The position numbers and the translations under genes are program-made. A stretch of 61,267 bases of DNA, the filler included. It is 10 parts of 10 records of this genome, joined end to end, with 100 filler letters (N's around TTAATTAATTAA, not from the genome) between each part and the next. Parts side by side here need not be neighbours in the genome. Positions count along the whole stretch, not along the records: positions 1 to 14,162 come from SRR7504441_11048; 9 more parts are not named here. One strand, 5' to 3'. The notes under the pieces were generated by a model. The model saw nothing but the letters and a program-made list of their open reading frames with translations. It was not told where the DNA came from and did no database searches. Of this stretch, positions 1-11,784 are shown piece after piece; the first letter of the stretch is position 1, and each line of letters begins with the position of its first letter.

Positions 1-271
1 GTTGCCCATGGATGTCGTCATGTCTTGCGCACGAGGTCGAGGTATGTTCATCGATTTCATGATTGCACAGTGTCCCAACTGCTTTTCAACGGCACTTACG
101 CTCATGATACATACAGGGTTGCAAAGTCCTGGTTTAAAAATAAAAATTTATCATCGAGTACTAACTAAGTTATACATCGATCGAGTTACGATCGAGTACT
201 ATAGCACCTCTTTCAGTGCCTCTTTACTGTACAGACGACACAGACGACACAAGAACAATATTACTGTAATA

Positions 272-3200
272 TTACTGAGCTGAGCTCCAAATCCGCTTAT
301 AGTCTGGGTAGGTCCCCCGCAGCCAGCCCAGGAATGTGGTCTCTTCCAGCTGCCCGCGTGGCGCACCTGCAATCTGACACACATGTGTCACAAGCAACAC
401 GGCTAGACAAGGATGACCTGTGCAAAGATCGTTTTTGCAGTATGCGGAGTCACAGAGGGGTCGAAGCTCTCGATGAAAGCCGTAAAGCTGTAAACGTCCA
501 TGCTCCGAGTGCCTTCTGTCACATAGAGCCCAAAGATCTCCTCAGCAGAGGTCGTCTGGCCGTCTGGACCGTCTGGTGAGCCTCCAGGCAGCAGCCCGGC
601 GCTATTTGCCGCAGCAAACTCCATCGGGTCGATTACACCATCGTGATTCGTGTCTATCGCATCAAATAAGTCCCCAGACTGTCCAGCTAGTTCGCCGACG
701 TTCAACACCCGGCCTCCCTGAGGCGGACTCTGGCCTTGTCTCAGGTTCTTCATCACTAGTGACTCCGATTTCTCCATCAGCGACTGTGCTGGGCCTGCCC
801 CTCGCAGACTCTGGAGGACCAAATCCTCAGCTTGCTGCAACCGATCAGACTCTTTGCTGGCCAGCCGCGCCGAACCCGCCGCGCCACCGGGCACTTGCCT
901 GGCCGGTCTGCTCTGCGACGAGCGGCCAGGCTGGGATCGCTCAGGGGACGCCGAGAGCGCCACACGGGAAAGCCCAGAAGGGGATCGCCCTGGCTTGCCC
1001 CTCATCAGCCTAGGGCTTCTCTCTCGGGCTCCACCCCTCTGTGGCTGAGGGCGGGTGCGGCGTGGAGAGGAGTCCGAGTGGGGCTGCGAGCGCTGCCCGC
1101 CCCTTCTCCTCGTCGCACTCGCCCCTGACCGCGCAGGGGAAGCCCTGCGAGCCTGGCTTATCCCCTGTTGTAGAGCACGGATCGCTGTTGGCACCCTGGA
1201 TACATCCCCCCCACGCGCTTCGATTGCAGCACTCACGAAAGCCTCCACGCAGTATTCAAACTCGCTCGCCCCGCTATGCTCACCAGAACGGCGACTCGGC
1301 GAAGATTGTGCCTCGGCCTCAGCCTCCCAACCAGTTTTACTCTGGTAGAAGAGCGCCTTGGCCTGGTCTCGGCTCATAACAGTCGGTATGAAGTCGTACT
1401 CGGCCAGGAATCGGAGAAACTCGACCAAATCCACCCGCTGCGACTCCTTGGAGATGTCGTCGAACGTGCCGCCCCGGACCGTGGTCAATTTGGCGTACTT
1501 GCGGTACAACTGCCGCATCACCGAGCGGGCACGCTTCCGTCTTTCGGGGTCATTTTGAAGCTGATCCATGTGTGCCCCAAGCTGCACGAGGCCAGCAATC
1601 AATCGAGTGCCGGCAATCAGAGGCACAGACCAGGGACGAAGATTCCGTCAAGTAGCGACAGACTGCGTCCTCGATCTCCCCTGGCGTGATGGTATCGTTC
1701 CCGTGTATATCAAACTCATCCCTCCTTACTCTAAACCACCTGCGAAAAGCAGCATGAGTCACACAGAGCGCATCTGCAGTGGGTCACTTGGAGAACGGGG
1801 CATACTGCGTGTCTTCCAGCACGGTCAGAAGCTGCCCGATCTGGACCACTCCATCCGAGCAGTTGACTAGCCCGAGCACGGTGCCAGTGATCACACCGGC
1901 CGCCCGCCTGTGCCTCCCCTGCTCCAACGGCGGGCTAGAGCTCTGGGCAATGATCTCGCCGGTATCATTAGACTTGAGCGTCGGAGCCAGGACAGCTTGC
2001 CCATTTGCTGCAGAGTAGACCTGAGGCCCCGCCGGCCCTGCTTGCGGCCTAGCCAGCTCCAGTGCCGACTCTTCCGCTAGCAGCCCAGCTCGCTGCGCTT
2101 CAGCAAACTCGATGGGATCTATCACATCGTCGTGATTCGTATCGATCACATCAAACAGCGCGTCAGGGTCGTCCACTTCTGTACCCACCTGAGCCTCCTG
2201 GGCGGGGTCAGTGTCGAACCCATGAGCGAACGGCTCCGGTGTCGCTCTGTACGCGGTCGAAGCTGCTGGCTTGCCTGTCGATTCCGGGGTCGCACCATAA
2301 GCGTTCAGGCTTGCTAGCACATCCAACTCCATCTCACTCGCCTGCAGCTCGATGGACCTCGCCTGCTGCTCCACTGCACTCGCCTGCAGCCTGGGCTCCA
2401 TCGGCAGGCTCACTGGCTGCAGATCGCGCGGAAGCCCTCCCCGCACACTCTGGCTGGAAGCAAGCCCGTTGACTTGGCTGGCCTGGGCAGGACCGCCGTC
2501 CTCTGCATACTCGACCGGTTGCCCCAGACCACCCACCTCGTCCACATACTCCACTGGATGCCCCAGACCCCCTATATCATCTGAAGGGCCCACCGGCTCG
2601 TCTTCAATCTCGAGATCGTACATACCGTACTCCTTAGCACGAGCCTCTACACGCCCCCCGAGCCCGGGCCTGCTAAATTCCGATCCTCCGCCAACCCCGA
2701 GGAAATCGCTGCAGGCCTCCCGAAGCTCTGCCAGTGAGATTCCCCCGTCCCGGTTCTGGTCGTACTCTAGCATCCTGCCACGGTCCTCTGCAAGCCACGC
2801 AGTGAACGGGTGGTCGGGCAGGTACGTCCTCAGCTCGTTCACACTGAGCACGCCGTTCTGATTGTGCCGGTCCGCCTTTTTCATTATCCAGCCCGCCAGT
2901 CCCGCTGGGTCACACGGCTCCGACTCCTCCTGTGGCTCAGGCTGCCTCAGCCGCGCCGCGCCACCCTGCTGGGCCGGCTTTGCAGGCGCCCTCCGAGGCC
3001 TGCGCGCCGGCCGCTCCCTGCTCATCCGCTGCCTGAGCTCGTCGCTCGGTTCGCGAGGCGGTCGGTTGCTCATTGACCACTCAGAGATGAGCTCCTCCTG
3101 CGGCTGCCGGCCGTCGGATCGGGCCAGCCGCTCGGCTGAAGGGGCGGCAGCCTGGCCAGACATGTCAGCAGGTAGCATCCCGGCGCTCTGCGCGGCCGCG

Positions 3201-4507
3201 AATTCGGCCGGGTCGATTAGGCCATCATTGTTAGCATCTATCGCATCGAACAGCGCGTCTGGGTCCTGCGGAGGCTCGCGAGAACTCACCCCACCCCGCA
3301 GGTTCTGAATCACAAGCTCCTCGGGGCTCTGCGCCGGCCTGGCCTCCTCGGACCTAGACCCGTGCGGCACCCACCGCCAGCTCCCGCCTGCCCCGAGCTC
3401 TGTAGGTGGGTCGCTCGGCAGCTTGCGGCGCAGCTCCCGCACCTCGGCCGCGAGAGCCTGAATCTGACTGGACTGCTCCGCACGGACCGGCTGGACGAAC
3501 GAGGTGGCGAGCTGCTGCCGCAGGTGCTCCTGCTGGGTCTGGGCGTCCGCGAGCTGTTGTTTGAGCTGATCGCGCTGGACCGTCACGGTGTGGAGAGCCT
3601 TCTGCATCGTGGAGAGGCTGGACTTGATATCGGCCGGCACCTGCTGCTTGGCGCCCATCTCCAGCTTCTCGGCCGACAGCTTGTACATTTGGCACTGCTG
3701 GACCAGAGCCTGGTTGACGTCCCGGAGATGGTCGGCGTCGGCGGTTGCCTGCACGAGATCGCTCTGCAGCTGGTCCCTTTCAGTCCCGAGGTTGATCAGG
3801 GCCTGCTTGAGCATATCAACCACCATGTCCTTGTCGTCCTCGGACCGGGAGAGCTCGGCCCGCGCCTTATCGAGCTCGAGCTCGAGCTCGTTGTACCGCT
3901 GCTGCAGCTGCTCCGCAGCACCGAGCGACTCACTCGCCCGCTGCAGCGAGGGCGACGCCACCGACGGGCTCGGCTGCGCCGGCTCGGCCGGCCCGCGCTG
4001 GGGCACCGTGGCGCTCCGGTGGCGGGTCGGCTGGTCTGGCGAGTCTTCCGGCGGCTGCTGCTCCGACGGAGATAGGCTCGGCTTGTCCTGGGCGACTAAC
4101 GACCTGTGGACCGCGGCCAGGTCGGCCTGCAGGTTGCGCCGGCGCTCGTCGATGTCCCGCATCACCGCCACCGCCGACTGGGCCGGGGAGGGCTCGCGCG
4201 GGGCCGGGGTGGACGGCTTTGTGGGCGAGGTGGCGAACTCTCGGGTGGCCGGCCCCGAGGTGTCGACCAGGCCCTGCAACCCGGCCCTGAACTCAGCCCG
4301 GTCGAGCACCCCGTCGTGGTTGGTGTCGAGTGCCTCGAACAGCTGCGAGGCAGTGACATCGCCGGCTGCACGCGGCGGTGGAGGCGGCGGGGGCGGGCCG
4401 GCCGGCCTGATGGCGCTCATCGAGTTCATGAACCGGAGGAACTCGCGGCTGTCCGGGCTGCGCGGCAACGGCGGGCCCGGCAGCGGGGTGGGGCCACTCC
4501 ACGACAT
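272..4507 (-). CDS. Large multi-EF-hand / coiled-coil protein (spliced)
   Basis: ORFs 1784..4507, 1550..1762 and 403..1626 join through GT-AG introns (e.g. 1740-1787, 48 nt). Repeated LFDAIDxNxDGVIDPxEF EF-hand loops. Last exon ends ...KRIWSSAQ* (TAA at 272-274). Confidence 0.8.
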
Positions 4508-4654
4508 GGGCTCTCACCGCAGGGCCGCTGACTGGCCGCTGTCCGCTGTCGCCGTATCCGAATGATTTCCAGCGGAGCCGTTGATGAATCGCGACAACTG
4601 ACAGCGAGTGAAGGCAACCAGGCTTGCTGCAGGGGGCGCAGCCTTGGCTGGGCG

Positions 4655-5415
4655 ATGAGCCAGGCTGATGAGGCGGCCACCAAGATCCAGGCGGTGGCGC
4701 GGGGGAGCGCGGGGCGGGCGGCGGCGGCCTACAAGGCGGAGCAGCTGATGGACAGCATGATGGCCCAGAGCGAGTCCAAGATGGGCGATTCGTCCAAGAA
4801 GCGCTCCACCCGGCGGAGGCTGGCCGACCCCACCGAGCTGGCGGATGGGTGCCCGCGGGGCGGCTGGATGGCCGCTGAGCCGCGGGGTAGGCCGGAGGTC
4901 GAGGTGGACCCTGCGATGGTGGCCCAGCTGCAGTTGGAGCAGGCCGAGATGCAGGCGCAGGCAGAGCTGCAGGAGAAGGACAAGTCTGCAAAGGGCCAGA
5001 TGGAACGCTAAATCTTCCTGACACAGACAACGTCGAGAAGACCGAGGAAGTTGTGACTAAGTTGCTTCACAAGAGCGATGCCGAAAAGTTCCTTGAAAAG
5101 GCGAGAGCCAATGGTGGCTTTTTGCGACGCAAGCACGTTTTCACTGTATATACATCAACTTTCCAATCGGGATCTGCAGTGCAGTCACAAACCGAGCGAA
5201 TTACAATGATCTTCACCGTAAGAAACATCCCATTCACCTTAGTCGACTTAAACGAGGAACCTTGGAAGCGAGACGAGATGGAAAACCAGGGTGGCGGCTC
5301 CAAACTTCCTCAAATATTTATTGACGGCAAGTGCCTATTGGGTGGATTCGACGAGTTCCAAGCGCTTCATGATGACAACGAATTATCGTTGTATGACATG
5401 AAGGATTGGAGGTGA
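4655..5415 (+). CDS. IQ-motif plus C-terminal SH3BGR/glutaredoxin-like domain protein
   Basis: AATKIQAVARG IQ motif. C-terminal VYTST...IPFTLVDL...KRDEM...LPQIFIDG...GGFDEF, with no CxxC. A frame change near 4995-5026 needs an intron or an indel. Confidence 0.7.
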
Positions 5416-5711
5416 CCATAACATCGAGGTCAATCCGGGAAGGGCACTGACATGACTTGTACAACCACAAAGCATATTTTACGCAAGTACATGTATTTGA
5501 TCTTTATTGAACTTAGTGTAGCCGAATATGTACATACTTGCTACATGATTAAAGGCCACCGTGTGCACGTACAACTTACTTACAACCAGCGCTAAATACT
5601 TAAGTGTAGCCACGTGCACTACACGTGCACAAGCTGGCGGATGTCATGATATCGATCATGATTACATGTACTTGTAGTAGATCATGATCGTCAAATGCGA
5701 GAGCTTCACTT

Positions 5712-6976
5712 TTAAATGGCAACTCCCTCCTCCGGATCGTCGATATCAATTTCAGTTGCGCACCAGTGCTCCATCTCCAATGTACCATTCTCGTGATAGA
5801 CAAATATTGCCCCCACTGTGCTCTCTTTAAGCACCTGCCAATCCACAATTAACCCGCCGGTCGTACCTTCAGGCAGCCACCTCTAACTTGACGGGAGTCT
5901 GGACTTGGGTCGGCTGGATCATTACAGGCCGAAAGCCCAGTATCTTGCCCTCGTCGTCGTCACTCTTCCACGTGAAAAGTGCGCCCATTTCATCTGACAG
6001 TCACTGTGGTGAGCGAGACTAGGCCGAGCAATCTCACCCGGCATGATCGCCTCATCCTTTGCCCAGGGTAAAGCCAAGTAGATCCTGACCCGTTCCCTCC
6101 CGTCATCGACCACTTCCCGCTGCAACTTGGCCTTAGTCCACTCGTCCCGGTACTCCTCATCCAGGTCCACTTGCGGTATCGGCTCAACCGGCTCGACCGA
6201 GTCCTTTTGCGAGTCTGGTGGGCTTTGATCAACCAGAGTGCTCGTCTGAGTGACCACGCCCATTGATTTGTTGAGCACCACCGATTCCTTAGTGGTGATC
6301 ACCTTAACCGGAGGCTCGTCGTGGATTCCGGTGTTGGCCGGCCCGACCGCCGCCTGTATCAGCCTGACGATTCGCACCAGCCTTCCCATGTTCTTTAATG
6401 CAGCCAGCACCAGCTGCAGCGCCAGCATCGAGTCGCCGAGCACTGTCCAGCACACCTGCAGCCCCCGCCTCACGCCGCTCCGACCACAGCGCACCGTCGA
6501 GACCACCGTGACCACAAGCAACCCGAAATCGTGCCAATTCCAGCCGTCGCCCCAGTACCGCCCCATCCCCAGGCCGCACATCTTAGCCAGCGCCTCCGCC
6601 GCGTAAAACCCGCACGCAACGTACTCGGACACCTCCGCCGCAGTGGCGGCCGGGCCCTCCGCGACGATCAAGCTAGCCAGCGCCTGCCCTGGCCTCAGGG
6701 CTGCGGCACACTCGGGCAGCTCACCAGCGCGAGATTGGCCACCAGCACAGCGAGCACGACCAAGTCGAAGCTCGGGTGGGTGACTAACCGCCGGCACCGC
6801 CGCGGATCGGGCGGGGGGGCGACCTCTTTAGGGGTGTCGTCAACCTTGCCCTCGCGCCGGCAGTACCGGCCGTGCGCCTTGAGCCGGGCTGTGGTGCTGA
6901 ATCCCCGCCCGCAGTTGGCGCAGACGTGCTCGAGCCCCGAGGTCACGGCCGGGTTGAGTTCGATCTCCACCGGCAT
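5712..6976 (-). CDS. CCHC zinc finger + stand-alone voltage-sensor (S1-S4) domain + unknown C-terminal domain; 4 introns
   Basis: CANC-x12-H-x3-C; S1 FDLVVLAVLVANLAL; S2 FYAAEALAK; S3 WNWHDF; S4 KNMGRLVRIVRL. Four GT-AG introns give an open frame ending ...DDPEEGVAI*. Confidence 0.75.
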
Positions 6977-7187
6977 GGCCACGGCTCAGGTCGCAAGCCG
7001 GCCCGCCGCTCTCAGCGGGATCTTTTCATGCTGCCTCTGCAATCCCAACCGACAGCCCTGTCGAGTCCGAAAATGAGATGGCCCCCAGCCGTTTGAGACC
7101 CTGCAAATGGCAGAGGCTTGTTGGCCGCGGCAGTGGGCTAACAGCGCTTGGGGCGTGGCGCATCGGCAGGGGTAGCTACCGGGCCGG

Positions 7188-8957
7188 ATGGGAGCCGGTG
7201 CTGGCGTGCTAATCGGGAATGCCCGGCCCAGGCGCCGGCCGCAGACCGCGGTCAACCGGGGGCCGGCCCGGCCGCAGCGGATCAGTGCGTCAGCGCGCCC
7301 CCAGTCGGCGGTGGTGCGTGGGACCCGGCAGGTGGTCTCGCCCAAGGCGATTCAAGCCCGGCCTGTGATAGTCACAGCCCAGCCTGTGAGCTCCGACGAA
7401 GAAGGGGACGACGCTTTCGAGCTCTGCAACTCCTGGGCCGACTCCGGCCCGTCAGCCCAACTCCGGGCCGCGTGTAAGACCGGCGCATACCAGCGGATTA
7501 CTGACATTATCATTGATGAGCACTTTAGTGTGGACGGTGTCGTGGACGAAGAGGGCACCACTGTCCTGATGACTGCCGCCGAGTGCGGTGAGACGCGGTG
7601 TATCCAGGCCTTGCTGGCGCTAGGGGCAGCTTTGGAAGTTGTTGACTCCAGAGGTAACACCGCGCTCCTTTATGCTGCGTTGCAAGGTCGCACCCAGACG
7701 GTGCAGATGCTGTTGAAAGCATCGGCTAATGTGGAAGCGCGCAGCACGCAAGGTTTCACAGCTCTGCTCACCGCTGCAGCCAATGGACACACAGTCACTG
7801 CGGACGCACTAGTGTCAGCCAGGGCATCGGTACTTATGGTGGACGAAGACGGAAAGACAAGCTTGCACTGGGCTGTATGCATGGGCCATAGAGAATCTGC
7901 CATTGTCCTCTTGGAGCGAGATGCTGACCCCAATGCGCTCATTGACTTTGATGCTGATCCACTTGACATAGATCAAACTGGGGACTCGGCACTACACTTG
8001 ACGGCCAAATACGGGCACTTAAATGCTGCTGAAGCGCTGCTCAAGGCAAGCGCAGACATAAATGTTGTAAATTCACTTGGAGAGACAGTGGCCGAGACTG
8101 CAGCGAAATGCGGGCACTCTGCGATCGCAGCATTACTAGACGAATGGGTTGAGCGACCAAGGCAGCAGGCGAGACGGCCGAGACGCAGATCCTTGAAGAC
8201 AGCCTGGGCACCAATGGAAGAGTCGCGTGAGACTGGCCAAGTAGTCATCGACCCTGATTTCGAAGCAGAGGCGCGTGAGGAATATCTCAAGCACAAGGCT
8301 AAAGAGGAGGGCAAACGGGAGGCTTCTGACCAGCATAAGGTAGAGTTGGCAGCTGAGCGCCTTCAATTCGCAAAGGCTGAGGATGAGGCAAAGCTGCGGG
8401 AGGAAGCTTTGGCAGAAGAAGTCAGTAGGCTGCGGGCAGAACTTTTAGAGAGCACCAAGGCGCTCGAAGAATCTTCGGATGCGCAACAACATTTAGTTAA
8501 ATACCAGCGAGAACTCCGGCTTGTCATGGAGCATCAAAAGTCGATGACTAAAAGTTTCGAGCAAGAGAAGACAAAAATGGGCAGACAGGTAGAAACTGCT
8601 CAACGCCACACGGCCCAGCTTGAAGCGGAGAAGAGGATCCTGCAAGAACGAAACCGCCGTTTGCGAGGTGACTATGGGGAAGAAACGCCTACTGCAGAGC
8701 TGGATGCCATCATTGCAGAGCTGGAGGCAGCCCTGAACCGGGCAAAGGGAGTAAGAGAGCAACGCCGAGAGGACGAAAACCGATTGCTCCACGCTGAACA
8801 CGAGCAGAAGCTCTGCGTCGTGTGCTGCAACGAACCTAAAACGATATTATTTGGACCCTGCCACCATCTCTGTGCGTGTGATAGCTGTGCACAGTCTTTG
8901 GTCGATTGTCCCATTTGTCGCCAACCAATCAGCTCCCGGACTCCTGTTTTCATGTAG
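7188..8957 (+). CDS. Ankyrin-repeat, coiled-coil, C-terminal RING (IAP-type C3HC4) E3 ligase-like protein
   Basis: GxTALxxAAxxG repeats; CVVC...PCHHLCACDSC...CPICR at the C-terminus; N-terminal MGAGAG possible myristoylation site. Confidence 0.9.
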   Translation: MGAGAGVLIGNARPRRRPQTAVNRGPARPQRISASARPQSAVVRGTRQVVSPKAIQARPVIVTAQPVSSDEEGDDAFELCNSWADSGPSAQLRAACKTGAYQRITDIIIDEHFSVDGVVDEEGTTVLMTAAECGETRCIQALLALGAALEVVDSRGNTALLYAALQGRTQTVQMLLKASANVEARSTQGFTALLTAAANGHTVTADALVSARASVLMVDEDGKTSLHWAVCMGHRESAIVLLERDADPNALIDFDADPLDIDQTGDSALHLTAKYGHLNAAEALLKASADINVVNSLGETVAETAAKCGHSAIAALLDEWVERPRQQARRPRRRSLKTAWAPMEESRETGQVVIDPDFEAEAREEYLKHKAKEEGKREASDQHKVELAAERLQFAKAEDEAKLREEALAEEVSRLRAELLESTKALEESSDAQQHLVKYQRELRLVMEHQKSMTKSFEQEKTKMGRQVETAQRHTAQLEAEKRILQERNRRLRGDYGEETPTAELDAIIAELEAALNRAKGVREQRREDENRLLHAEHEQKLCVVCCNEPKTILFGPCHHLCACDSCAQSLVDCPICRQPISSRTPVFM

Positions 8958-9145
8958 TATTCATCGTGTAGAGATTTATACAGTCATTACACTATTGTAC
9001 AGCATCATGCCACTACGTATACATGCACATACTCGTATAATTATATTCGTATACGCGTGAATGGACACTAGATCGATTACAGATCGATGTCATTAATACG
9101 TACGATGTTACAGATCGAGCTTCTTTTAGTTTCAAACACAACACC

Positions 9146-11528
9146 TTAAGGTGATTTCCCCTCAGTGCTTGCTGAATTGAGTGCACACCCAAGAAAGTCA
9201 CGCAGAAATGGCCGAAGCCCGGCGATGCCGACGAACTTCATGGCTCGCATCAGGGTTGACACTCCTAGCTTGAACGCGTCGCTCTCCTCGCGTCCAGTGT
9301 TGCACGTCGCTAGGTGCTCGTCTTCTAGTGCGCTGTCAGCTTTGAGCTCATCCACAACGACCTGCAGTGCCTCTTCCCATAGGGTTGACGTGGATGCTGC
9401 CATTTCCAGGCTGCGCGATGCTGCCATTTCCAGGCTGCGCGCAAGCAACACTTGCTCATAGCCGCCTAGCATCATGGTGCTGGGCAGATGTGGAGCAAGC
9501 TTTGGCGCATTGTACCAAAAGTTCATTGAGATGGAGTCCTCTGTCAGTGTCTGCACGTGGTGCCACCAGCCTGCACACCCCAGTTTTAGCCAAGGTCAGA
9601 ATAGGCCAAGCACCCGCAGGCAGCACTAACAGGTCGCCGGGGCCAAGCACAGCCTCCACTGCATGCACTTCGCGTCGGTACCTACTGTCCGCTCAGCAAC
9701 AGCGCCCGTTATCTGCGGACCTAGGGAACTGGGCTTCATCCACCATCTCCAGGTCTATTCGGCTCACTCGATCAACGGCCGAGCCCGCCTGCACCACAGG
9801 GTAAACTCCAATCGCTCCACAGCGCACCAAGTACGGGTACAATGCACCGGTGTAGATCGGATCAAACAGAACAAACCGCTTGAAGCCAGCCACTTGGTAA
9901 TAATAATTATCCATCATGTCATAATGTGCCGGTGTGAGCGCATCACGGCAACCCAGGAAGAGCTGACTTCGCGCCAGGTCACCACTGCCCACAGCGGTCC
10001 TGCCCAAGCTTGTCAATGCTGTCAGTCAGTGCCACTAGCCCGTACCTTATCTCCTCAAGCCAGCTCCAGTCAGTTTGCTCAAAGTCCTCACGCACCGTGC
10101 GCCCAAAGTTCATCCCCTGAAGCTCGTCCTCGCCGCTGGCATTCTTCCCCCACTCCAAAACAGACCCCCAGAGGTAGTACGTTACCTCATCCTCCCCAGC
10201 AGCCACTGCGCGCTTCTTTTCACAGAAATCCGCAAATGCCATCGGCTCTCGCTTGGTGCTGTAGCAGCCTGGGATCTGCTTATTGTGCGAGTCGTCGTAC
10301 CATCGAAACACCCGCCGGCCATTATGGCATTGGTATACAGGGAACAACTGGTAGTGCTCCTCTAACGGAGGCACAGACTTCTCTATATATTCCAGGCTCC
10401 ATTTGTCCACCTGCCCCCCGGATCCCAACCACCCAGCCTGAGCCACACCGCAGCCTGGAGCAGCTTGCTGTCCGTTACCACCAGCGGTTGGCGCGCGGCA
10501 GCACCGACTGCCGCTACCGCGGCTGCCCGGCCCACACGCCGCACACTCCCAGCAATCAGCTCATCGTCGCATCGGCGGCGCGGCCAGCAGTCGGGCCCAG
10601 GCGGCACCGGACTCGCGATCGGCGGACCGCCCTGTCTGCACACGGCCACCCAGCTGCCAGGCAGCAGCGCGCCCCACGCCATGTCTCGCCCGAGCTCGGC
10701 CCCGGCTGGCGTGAAGGCCGCAGCGGCGCTCGGTGCTATGTCGAGTCCGAGTGCCTCTAGCAGCTGCTGGAGCTCATGGCCGGTGCTCAGAGTGGCGAGC
10801 AGCACCGGGACTCCGGACTGCCACAGCCCGTCGCCTCTGAAGGCCATCACAGGGATCCCCGGGTCCGGCGCGGGCAGAGCGCTCGGATGGCCTTCACTGT
10901 CCAGCCCGAGCCTGAGCTCTCCTGGGACCAGTCCCTCGAGCGCTACGCCCTGAGCCACACACCCAAAGGCCTGCTGGGCGGGCGCGTGCCCCGGGTGCAC
11001 TCTGAGGCACCGGAGCAGCTGGTTTAGTCCGTTGACAGGCTGCCCGCGCTGTACCAGCTGGTTGCTGCGGACGAACAGTCGGTCGGCCGCGGCACCCAGT
11101 TTGGTCAGCTTCTGCTCGGCCCACTGGCGGCTCGGGCCAGCCCTCTCCAGTGCGATCGCCCGCCTCATCCCGGCCCGCGCCGCTGCGTGCCACCCGCACT
11201 GGAGGCAGGCCGCCGCGTGCCGGTTGCAGGCTTTCGCCGACGACGGGTCGACCGAAAGCGCCCGGGAGGCTGCAGCGATGGCTGCACGGCCGTGGCCGCA
11301 GTTGAGCTCGGCGGCTGACAGGTTGGACCACAGCGTGGCGGCCAGCTCGGGGGGGCAGTCCATGCAGGCCAGCGCCCGGCGGTAGTGCTCGCAGGCTGCT
11401 GTGAAGTCGTTGGCGCTGTACGCCTGGTTGCCGAGACCCTTGAAGCCGGCGGGGCACTGGCCCTCCCGGTGCCGGCGCTGCAAGATCGGCGTTTTGAACT
11501 CCATGAGGCAATCCTCGCAGCGCGGCAT
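9146..11528 (-). CDS. CCHC finger-TPR-JmjC (FIH/JMJD5-like cupin) hydroxylase; at least 5 introns
   Basis: TPR segment KGLGNQAY...LWSNLSAA. JmjC motifs TPAHYD, QVAGFKRFVLF, PGDLLVLPAGWWHHV, SISMNFWY are joined by 38-46 nt GT-AG introns. Confidence 0.85.
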
Positions 11529-11784
11529 GGTTGCAGACGTCTAGAGCCCGCACGCTATGTGGCCGGCGCAAAGCGAGCTTTGTCGTTACCAATCGATATT
11601 AACTCTGACTCTGGGTGTGAAACGAGATACTCGTACAATAGGATTGTTCATCTATCCATCGCAAGAGCATACTTGCCGGCCACCGCTATCATCTTACATG
11701 CATTGAAGGCATTTACTGAAGCTGCCGCCAACCTAGTTGACGGTCTAATTAATTCATTTGGCCTGACTAGGCGAAGAGCGCGTG

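Noticed and set aside
6350-6800. Hv1 proton channel
   Set aside because: Lacks the S1 Asp and the S4 RxWRxxR Trp.
7918-7972. DADPNALIDFDADPLD irregularity in the ankyrin array
   Set aside because: Most simply a deleted or collapsed ankyrin repeat.
9393-9440. Exact 24-nt tandem duplication (RSLEMAAS x2) in the JmjC gene
   Set aside because: In-frame and outside the catalytic core; a recent slippage or assembly artefact with no evidence of function.
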